A DNA stretch of 6,553 bases from IMG/VR virus record IMGVR_UViG_2654587568_000008, positions 1-6,553 of that record; one strand, written 5' to 3'. This stretch comes from a virus (lineage: Duplodnaviria > Heunggongvirae > Uroviricota > Caudoviricetes). This document shows positions 1 to 5,516 of the stretch, piece after piece (the first letter of the stretch is position 1; the number at the start of each line of letters is the position of its first letter). A model generated the notes under the pieces. That model made no database searches and had not been told where the DNA came from. It saw only the letters and a program-made list of their open reading frames with translations. A program made the translations under genes and the position numbers.

Positions 1-928
1 GGATTGGATTAGGTTTAATAACATACCTATAATGTTCAGTCATGAGATATCAAGAATAAATGCTACGCCTGGTAACGTTCTTCTACAGAGCACCTCTGCT
101 TTTCCGCGCGTTTTAGTAAAAGCATCTGAGTTGAGAAAGGTTTTAGTTATACGTTCTTTTGAGCCTGATGATCACTTAAAGTTCATATTAGAGAACGCAA
201 TTGAGATATTTAAAAAACAGATGCCAGATCTTGATTGCGAGATTATTGATGTTAGATCGAAAGCTGAGTTTATTGATGCTCTAAATCAATATCAAGGTCA
301 TATTCTTGTTATGGATTGTCATGGAAACCATGATGGCAATGGGAGTCATGGATGGTTAATAATAGGTGAGGATAAAGTGGACACTTGGAGTTTGAGAAAA
401 ATAGCAAGAATTCCTCCTATCGTAATTCTGAGTGCATGTTTAACATCTGCCCTAAGTGGTTCTCATGCCTCTGTTGCTAATGGCTTCGTTATAAGTGGTG
501 CATTAAGTGTCATCGGAACATTACTGCCTGTAAATGCGATAGACTCTGCTATTTTTGTAAGTCGGTTGATCTACCGGTTTTACGAGTTTCCTTCGACGCT
601 ATCTACAAATTTTACACATGTTAATGTAAGGCTTTTTCTTTCTGTTTTTCTTAGGATGTCCTATGCAAGCGATTTAATAAGAGGATTTTTATCTGAAGAT
701 TTGATACCGAATAATTCATGGAAGAAAGATGCAGTTGACATTAACATGTATATAAACATGCTTCACCATGATTGGTATGATTATGTAATTAACAAATTGA
801 CGATGTTAACGGGGCTCACGAAAAAAGATGTACTTGATTTTATCGATAGAAAATTATTCATAACCGAAACTATGTGCTATAGCCAAATTGGATTTCCAGA
901 TGCAATCACAATTAGTCTTAAAGATTGA
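1..928 (+). CDS. CHAT/caspase-like (His-Cys dyad) protease-domain protein, probably 5'-partial (reading frame open from window edge; first in-window ATG at 32; stop TGA 926-928)
   Basis: Frame beginning at nt 2 has no stop before ATG 32, so the ORF may continue upstream, and there is no Shine-Dalgarno before ATG 32. Translation contains ...HILVMDCHGNHDGNG... (His-Gly), about 40 residues later ...PPIVILSACLTSALSG... (Cys), then ...ANGFVISGALSVIGTLLPVNAIDSAIF..., the layout of the CHAT/caspase catalytic core. The gene is much more AT-rich than the rest of the window. Family call is by eye, not HMM. Confidence 0.6.
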   Translation, partial: DWIRFNNIPIMFSHEISRINATPGNVLLQSTSAFPRVLVKASELRKVLVIRSFEPDDHLKFILENAIEIFKKQMPDLDCEIIDVRSKAEFIDALNQYQGHILVMDCHGNHDGNGSHGWLIIGEDKVDTWSLRKIARIPPIVILSACLTSALSGSHASVANGFVISGALSVIGTLLPVNAIDSAIFVSRLIYRFYEFPSTLSTNFTHVNVRLFLSVFLRMSYASDLIRGFLSEDLIPNNSWKKDAVDINMYINMLHHDWYDYVINKLTMLTGLTKKDVLDFIDRKLFITETMCYSQIGFPDAITISLKD

Positions 929-959
929 CAACTGTATGTAATAAATATGGCATACTTCC

Positions 960-1000
960 GGCACAGAGCGAATATAACAGATCAGGTTTAGCTCTGTGCC
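960..1000. repeat. Perfect 10-bp inverted repeat GGCACAGAGC (960-969) / GCTCTGTGCC (991-1000) with 21-nt spacer, between convergent genes at the GC-content boundary
   Basis: Arms are exact reverse complements. No U/T tract follows on either strand, so it is not a classic intrinsic terminator. Confidence 0.7.
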
Positions 1001-1035
1001 ATAGGTGTACCAACTCTCATCTGAGCTAATGCTCG

Positions 1036-1230
1036 TTACTCAATAACTCCCGCAAATTTGTAAATCTTGCGTGATGCCCATTTATTTGGGCATGATTTAA
1101 TATCAGGATCTGGAAAGTCTGGCCTGTATTTCTGGCCAGTTCTCCTGTTTACGCTGTTCCAGCGAAGAACTGTCGATACTGAAACTCCACAGAAGTTGGC
1201 GACTTGTTTAGTTGTCATTAAGTTGTTCAT
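1036..1230 (-). CDS. Small DNA-binding protein, excisionase/AlpA-like (Xis family), 64 aa
   Basis: ATG at 1228-1230 is preceded by GGAGG with 7-nt spacing. Stop TAA at 1036-1038. Product MNNLMTTKQVANFCGVSVSTVLRW...FPDPDIK...KW has the winged-helix pattern of phage Xis/AlpA proteins. Its start overlaps the upstream gene's stop by 1 nt (TAATG). Confidence 0.7.
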   Translation of the reverse strand: MNNLMTTKQVANFCGVSVSTVLRWNSVNRRTGQKYRPDFPDPDIKSCPNKWASRKIYKFAGVIE

Positions 1231-1850
1231 TACTTTACCTCCTGCGGCGGCTCCGGTAGCGGCATCCAGTGGGTTACTTTCGATGCCGGTTCTTCCACAT
1301 CGTCAGTAACTGCCCACCATTTGTTTCTCGACCAATCGTAATACCCTTCGAAGGTATCGCACTCAGTCCAGCCGTAAGACTTCCCCCAACACCAAACATA
1401 CTGTTTATCGTTCGGCATTCGCTCACTACAGCTTATCCAACCATCCGGAGTTACCGGAGAGTTGCCCGACAGCTCGTTCAACTTGTAAGTCTGGCTTACA
1501 GGTTTGGCACCATGAAGCATGGCGGCGCGGCAGGCGTTCCAGCCTTCATCAAAGCCGACTATGCCATTATTTAAAGACGGAAGAGCATCCGGCACCACCG
1601 ACACTGGCTGAGCCATATATAGCGGCTGAACATACCAGCCCTTTGATAACCAACTGTCAGCAATGTTTTTGCTCCTGGTTATTGCCGGAATACCTAAGCC
1701 ATTGTCTGAATGAAGCCACGCCACCGGCTCTGCTTCCAGTGATGCCAGAGCAATTTCATAAGCAAGGCGCTCAACATTGTCTCGCACGTCTAGGCTGCCG
1801 ATTCGTTCTTTGATTTCTTTAATCTGTTCCTTATCGGTGTAAGTGGTCAT
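1230..1850 (-). CDS. yfdT: DUF551-domain prophage protein (Eaa/YfdT-like), 206 aa
   Basis: ORF with ATG at 1848-1850 overlapping the upstream stop (TAATG). C-terminus ...WISCSERMP...VWCWGKSYGW...KVTHWMPLPEPP is the DUF551 signature as I recall it. Position after yfdS matches the K-12 yfdQ-R-S-T order. The symbol is by synteny and memory and is less certain than for yfdQ/yfdR. Confidence 0.7.
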   Translation of the reverse strand: MTTYTDKEQIKEIKERIGSLDVRDNVERLAYEIALASLEAEPVAWLHSDNGLGIPAITRSKNIADSWLSKGWYVQPLYMAQPVSVVPDALPSLNNGIVGFDEGWNACRAAMLHGAKPVSQTYKLNELSGNSPVTPDGWISCSERMPNDKQYVWCWGKSYGWTECDTFEGYYDWSRNKWWAVTDDVEEPASKVTHWMPLPEPPQEVK

Positions 1851-2212
1851 TATGCTCCAGCCTCCGGTGCTTTTGGCATTACTGCCCAGTGAGTGATATT
1901 AATATTTTCAAGGTCCCCGATCTGAAATGTCCACTGCCATTCTCCGGTTTCTTTTTGTCCCCAGGTGTACCAGAGAGAACGCCAGCCAATCAGCCAGCCT
2001 TCTCCGTTAGCATCAAATAACAGAACACTTTCATTTGCTGGTGGCAGTTCAACTGATACTGGTATTACTTTGTTTTCCTGTGCTGCACATTTAGCTTCAA
2101 GCGCATCGAATTTACGCACCAGGTATTCAGCATCCGTTTCATTCACTTTCAGGTCTCGTGGTACACATCTCCCGTGAAGAAACCCTTCCATTTCGAAAAC
2201 ATTCATGCGCAT
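1850..2212 (-). CDS. yfdS: DUF551-domain prophage protein YfdS, 120 aa
   Basis: ATG at 2210-2212 with GGAG 8 nt upstream. Stop TAA at 1850-1852. C-terminus ...GWLIGW...WYTWGQ...NITHWAVMPKAPE is DUF551-like. It overlaps the yfdR stop by 10 nt. Length and position match K-12 YfdS from memory. Confidence 0.75.
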   Translation of the reverse strand: MRMNVFEMEGFLHGRCVPRDLKVNETDAEYLVRKFDALEAKCAAQENKVIPVSVELPPANESVLLFDANGEGWLIGWRSLWYTWGQKETGEWQWTFQIGDLENINITHWAVMPKAPEAGA

Positions 2213-2739
2213 TTGCGTAACTCCGATAACTCGTTAAAACGTTCCATAAACATCCCGTAGGCATGGCCCGGAGCCAGTGGAATAACTTTGAACATCTCTG
2301 TTGTCGGGATACCTTCCAGTACTGGCCAGAAAGAGCCATCATCAAGCCCGAGATCGCGGCGTTCAGTTGCCAGCATGATGAGATCGGCATATTTCACAGG
2401 CGTGCTCATAACCGGGGGTAACCCGTATTTCTCACGGATTACGGCGTCTATTTTTTCTTCCATCCGTTTATAGTCAGGAAGAAGGCGTTTCAGTGGAGCG
2501 GGGATGTCCTGACAATACGCTTCTGTTGCATCATGCATTAACGCTTCAAAAGCAAATTCCTGCGGCACCAGCTGGCTGCAAAGCACCGCATGCTGGGCGA
2601 CACTGTAGAAGTGTGAAAGATGTCCTGCAAAGCGACAGATATTTGAAAGGGAAACTGCGATATCGTTAATCACGATGTCGTCTTTATTTATCTTGTCATA
2701 ATAAAAATGCTTCCCGGAAAAAGTTTTAATAAATGACAT
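2203..2739 (-). CDS. yfdR: HD-domain phosphohydrolase (5'-deoxynucleotidase-type) YfdR, 178 aa; start at ATG 2737-2739 rather than the track's GTG at 2751
   Basis: HD motif H...HD...D is visible (FAGHLSHFYSVAQHAV...ALMHDATEAYCQD). ATG at 2737-2739 is preceded by GGAG with 6-nt spacer, while the track's first codon at 2749-2751 is GTG. The resulting 178-aa length and its position between yfdQ and yfdS match K-12 YfdR from memory. Confidence 0.8.
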   Translation of the reverse strand: MSFIKTFSGKHFYYDKINKDDIVINDIAVSLSNICRFAGHLSHFYSVAQHAVLCSQLVPQEFAFEALMHDATEAYCQDIPAPLKRLLPDYKRMEEKIDAVIREKYGLPPVMSTPVKYADLIMLATERRDLGLDDGSFWPVLEGIPTTEMFKVIPLAPGHAYGMFMERFNELSELRKCA

Positions 2740-2832
2740 TTCGTTCTCCACTTTATATGCGCTGCACCGCGCTGAATTCTGCTAAAAGGAAGCTCTCACC
2801 ATCCGGTGATTATTGAGTTAATTACGTTTCCA

Positions 2833-2856
2833 TAAATGCCCCCGCAGGGGCATTTG
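2833..2856 (-). terminator. GC-rich palindromic hairpin AAATGCCCC-cgca-GGGGCATTT in the yfdQ-yfdR intergenic gap; candidate intra-operon terminator or attenuator (possibly bidirectional)
   Basis: 9-bp perfect stem (2834-2842 / 2847-2855) with 4-nt loop, U-rich at the 3' side of the stem on both strands. It lies in the 116-bp gap between the yfdQ stop (2868) and the yfdR start (2739). Confidence 0.45.
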
Positions 2857-2867
2857 CAGTAATGAAA

Positions 2868-3692
2868 TCAGGCGGTGAAAGTACCAATAAAGGTTTCTAC
2901 TTTGCTGTCTTTGAATTTCTCAACAAGCAGATCACGAAATTCGTTAGCCATTTCTTCCTGCATCGCTTCCAGCTGAATAATGCGCAGAACCAGTACAGGA
3001 CGATCGCCAGTGATAATGCTGAGGCGTAATTTAAACGGACGTTCTTTCAGGCCTTCAAACGGAACGCATTTAAATTCAAATGCCACTGGCATAATGTCTT
3101 TGGTTTTCGCTTCGACAGACTCCATCAGGGAGCGTTTGCCGCTGAAGTCATTGTCTTCAAAATCAGCGGTCTGGTTTGCTTCAATTGTGATTTTACGGAC
3201 TGCCGCAGCCGCTTTGGTTGCCTGAATGGTGTCACCATTAGCATCAAAGCCCACAAGGTAGTCGGCCCAGTCTTCAATCCATTCTGCCAGTGACTTCTGG
3301 GAGTTACGCTCGCCATTAACAGACAACAGAGCAGAAAACGGTGCTGTCTTTTTCAGTTTGAGGGTGGCGGTGTTATCTGCGTGACCTGGTTCATCAATAG
3401 TACCCAGGTTAAGCACACTGACGGCTCGCATATTATCGGCATCGATAAAGCAGCGGGTGCCTTCATCTGCAAGATCTTTAGAATAACGGGTAAAGTCATC
3501 GATGCTGGCAGTGGAAAGCGCACCACGGAAACGGAAGCGATTTAAATTAAATTTTTCCAGATCATGAATGCGGAAATTCTCAGGCAATGCCACAGCATCG
3601 GCACCAATCTTACTGATAATTTCATTAACACCCTGAGCAGAAATAAGGGCATGGATTTGATTAATTGCGGTTGCGTCTAAGTTCTGAGACAT
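2868..3692 (-). CDS. yfdQ: Prophage protein YfdQ (DUF2303 family, function unknown), 274 aa
   Basis: ATG at 3690-3692 is preceded by GAGGA with 6-nt spacer. Stop at 2868-2870. No recognisable catalytic motif. The 274-aa length and position upstream of yfdR match K-12 YfdQ from memory. Confidence 0.8.
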   Translation of the reverse strand: MSQNLDATAINQIHALISAQGVNEIISKIGADAVALPENFRIHDLEKFNLNRFRFRGALSTASIDDFTRYSKDLADEGTRCFIDADNMRAVSVLNLGTIDEPGHADNTATLKLKKTAPFSALLSVNGERNSQKSLAEWIEDWADYLVGFDANGDTIQATKAAAAVRKITIEANQTADFEDNDFSGKRSLMESVEAKTKDIMPVAFEFKCVPFEGLKERPFKLRLSIITGDRPVLVLRIIQLEAMQEEMANEFRDLLVEKFKDSKVETFIGTFTA

Positions 3693-3757
3693 AATAAGTC
3701 CTCACTATATAAAGATATTCAGTGATGAGATAAATAATCAGTTAATTAAGAACGATA

Positions 3758-4120
3758 TTAATGACCTGCTGCGCGGAGTTTTCCGTCAGGTTCACCGGCA
3801 AGAGTCAGTAATTGTCCCTGGTCTTCCTGCAGAATAGTCAGGCGACCACCGCGATTGACATACATCGGCGTTTCGGTGGTGTCTTCTTCGGAAATTTTCC
3901 CGCGGTTAGTCGGGCGAACATATGAGAGTTTGTGTTTTATTTTCACACGGTTCTCATCAAACGGTTCGATTTCCAGGTTGAGCGAGACCTTACCTTTGGT
4001 TTTCGTGTTCATCACACCGGAAGCGACTTCACTGAGAACTGCGCCGATTTTGGTTTCAAATACGCCGCCGTCCAGCTCCCCGATAAATGCCTGCACATCA
4101 GTACTGCGTTCGCTAGCCAT
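3758..4120 (-). CDS. yfdP: Prophage protein YfdP-like, 120 aa (true start ATG 4118-4120; the track's 197-aa ORF starting at 4351 is an over-extension)
   Basis: Internal ATG at 4118-4120 (MASERSTDVQ...) is preceded by GAGGAG with 7-nt spacer. The upstream 77 codons translate to a Cys/Arg/His/Pro-rich, non-protein-like sequence and overlap strong RNA hairpins. The 120-aa length matches K-12 YfdP from memory. Confidence 0.7.
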   Translation of the reverse strand: MASERSTDVQAFIGELDGGVFETKIGAVLSEVASGVMNTKTKGKVSLNLEIEPFDENRVKIKHKLSYVRPTNRGKISEEDTTETPMYVNRGGRLTILQEDQGQLLTLAGEPDGKLRAAGH

Positions 4121-4168
4121 TTTGCTGCTCCTCATCATATCGACCCTGCAAGGTCGGTTGGTTTCTCC

Positions 4169-4257
4169 ACAAAACAGAGAAGAACACCTGCGGTGGCAGC
4201 CGCCCGGATGGATTGGGTTATGAGCCCGTCGTCCGGTGATGCTCTTCTCTGTTTTGT
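4169..4257 (-). repeat. 15-bp perfect inverted repeat ACAAAACAGAGAAGA (4169-4183) / TCTTCTCTGTTTTGT (4243-4257) enclosing a 59-nt GC-rich, internally structured loop; long stem-loop in the yfdP 5' leader
   Basis: Arms are exact reverse complements. The loop contains further short hairpins (GCGG/CCGC 4190-4203, GGGTT/GAGCCC 4215-4227). It sits between the DicF-like terminator and the yfdP ribosome-binding site. Confidence 0.6.
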
Positions 4258-4325
4258 AAAAAGAGCGGTACCAGCCGGAAGCAAGTGTACAAACTGGTAC
4301 CGCCAAAGCAGTGGCTGTTGTGGTG
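4258..4325 (-). ncRNA. Candidate DicF-like prophage sRNA with its intrinsic terminator (stem GCGGTACCAG / CTGGTACCGC at 4265-4303, then TCTTTTT)
   Basis: Minus-strand sequence ...CUGCUUUGGCGGUACCAGUUUGUACACUUGCUUCCGGCUGGUACCGCUCUUUUU resembles the E. coli DicF core as I recall it (UUUGGCGGUAUCAGUUUUAC...GCCGCCCUUUUU). A 10-bp GC-rich stem followed by a U tract is directly visible. Location in the early-left leader of a lambdoid immunity region parallels dicF in Qin. Not confirmed by covariance search. Confidence 0.4.
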
Positions 4326-4714
4326 GGGTTGTCACTCAGGCGTATGGTCAACCTGACAATCCGGTGTCCTCAACGGGGAAAGAGTAACCCCGCCATACTT
4401 ACCGCCGCGCCATTTCGCGGATTACCACAACGCTGAGAGCACTTAGCCAGTTACGGCACCACACTTTGTCGCGGCTCCATAAATGCCCTCATCGTTGCAC
4501 CCTGGTCTCTTCCCAGGCGTCAAACCGAATCGCCACGCTGGTTAGGCGTCTTATCAGCATCATCATTGACTTGCACATTCCGGCTACCTGGTTTGTTTGC
4601 CCGAGCAAGGAGTGGATTGTCCCCTTTAACGTCCCCAGACCGCTAACGACGCATGTGCCATACGCCGTGTTACAACCAAATTTTGTTAGTACCTTGTTTG
4701 TAGGTCTGGAAAGA

Positions 4715-4767
4715 AAGATAAAATGAAGTTGCGCATTATGCAAGTGTTTTTATTGCGAGATATGCAA
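4715..4767 (-). promoter_or_regulatory. Candidate OL/PL: two 15-bp operator sites TTGCGCATTATGCAA (4729-4743) and TTGCGAGATATGCAA (4753-4767), centres 24 bp apart, overlapping a candidate leftward promoter
   Basis: Both sites share TTGC-N7-GCAA with the OR site at 5537-5551. Minus-strand -35-like TTGCAT (4738-4743) and -10-like TATCTT (4715-4720) with 17-bp spacing are weak. An alternative -10 CATAAT (4735-4740) has poor -35 spacing. Confidence 0.45.
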
Positions 4768-4777
4768 TTTGATGGGT

Positions 4778-4802
4778 AATGAAAAGCCACCTTCTGGTGG
4801 CT
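4778..4802 (-). terminator. Intrinsic terminator downstream of cI (stem AGCCACC/GGTGGCT, loop TTCT, followed by TTTCATT on the minus strand)
   Basis: 7-bp stem (4785-4791 / 4796-4802) with 4-nt loop and a U-rich tail, located 22 bp past the cI stop codon. Confidence 0.55.
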
Positions 4803-4823
4803 AATTGATGTTGAGGTAGGGGG

Positions 4824-5516
4824 TTAATTGTGTCGCTTAAGGGTTTGTGACTGACTGATTAAGACCTTTCCAAAGACCATAAACCGGTGTTCGTTTTCGC
4901 TGGTAATTCCCCATTCGCGGTAAATCTGATTATCAGAAATTACCAGCAGTTTATCAGGTATCATTTGCAGTCGTTTGACGTAAATTTTATCATCAAAACC
5001 AAATACATATATACCATCCCCATCAAACTGATTGATACTGATATCAACGAAGATGAGATCTCCTGGCTCAATGGTTGGACACATACTGTCCCCACGAACG
5101 TTGATAACTTTAATGTGATTTGCTGGTCGTCCACCAAACATCGATACAGCATTATCAGTTCTGTATTCAATGGCATGAATCACATCAATGACATCACCGC
5201 CCTGGATAAGGCCATTTCCCGCACTGGCACTGACATCCAGCATTTCAATACGGAATACATCCTTCACCTGCGCAACATCCTCACTAATACTGTTTTTACA
5301 TACAGTATTACTTTTGAGGTCTGAGGTAAAGAGATCAGCAATATCAACACCTAAGCTCCTGGCAATATTACTCAGGGCTTGTTCAGTGAATTGTTTCTGC
5401 TTACCTGTTTCGAGGCGCGAGATATTCGCCGCATCCACTCCTATTGCTTCAGCGAGATCGGCGATTTTCATGTTCTTCGCCTGGCGAAGTTGTCTGACTC
5501 GATTTCCTATGTTCAT
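4824..5516 (-). CDS. cI: CI-type prophage repressor: N-terminal XRE-family helix-turn-helix plus C-terminal LexA-like S24 peptidase domain, 230 aa
   Basis: N-terminus ...MKIADLAEAIGVDAANISRLETGK is a helix-turn-helix. C-terminus carries the GDSM serine motif (VRGDSMCPTIEPGD) and a downstream lysine (IYVKRL) as in LexA/lambda CI, with a candidate Ala-Gly cleavage site (SASAGNG). Divergent from the Cro-like gene. Confidence 0.9.
   Translation of the reverse strand: MNIGNRVRQLRQAKNMKIADLAEAIGVDAANISRLETGKQKQFTEQALSNIARSLGVDIADLFTSDLKSNTVCKNSISEDVAQVKDVFRIEMLDVSASAGNGLIQGGDVIDVIHAIEYRTDNAVSMFGGRPANHIKVINVRGDSMCPTIEPGDLIFVDISINQFDGDGIYVFGFDDKIYVKRLQMIPDKLLVISDNQIYREWGITSENEHRFMVFGKVLISQSQTLKRHN

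Noticed and set aside
960-1000. Classic bidirectional intrinsic terminator
   Set aside because: Stem is present but no U/T tract follows on either strand and the loop is large (21 nt), so it is reported only as an inverted repeat.
929-1035. tRNA-derived attachment-site remnant next to xis
   Set aside because: No tRNA 3'-end-like sequence (T-arm or CCA) recognisable; only the 10-bp inverted repeat is present.
1036-1230. Assigning the 64-aa protein as TorI (the KpLE1 excisionase)
   Set aside because: The sequence does not match my recollection of TorI, so only the generic Xis/AlpA-like call is made.
1067-1574. Plus-strand ORFs of 80 and 101 aa antisense to the xis-like and DUF551 genes
   Set aside because: Shadow ORFs with no ribosome-binding site and no recognisable motifs.
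4139-4325. Retron msr-msd-like non-coding RNA (long inverted repeats in non-coding DNA)
   Set aside because: No reverse-transcriptase gene anywhere in the window; a DicF-like sRNA plus a processing stem is a simpler explanation.
4121-4351. N-terminal 77-codon extension of the 197-aa minus-strand ORF
   Set aside because: Non-protein-like composition, overlaps strong RNA hairpins, and a canonical ribosome-binding site plus ATG occurs at 4118-4120; treated as untranslated leader.
3855-4387. Plus-strand ORFs (122 aa and 151 aa) antisense to yfdP and its leader
   Set aside because: Antisense to a well-supported gene with ribosome-binding site; no start context; low-complexity products.
4466-4743. 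Overlapping ORFs of 86 aa (+) and 84 aa (-) in the cI-yfdP leader
   Set aside because: The minus ORF starts with TTG inside the operator and has no ribosome-binding site. Neither shows the arginine-rich N-terminus of N-like antiterminators or any recognisable motif, so they are probably chance frames in GC-rich structured DNA.
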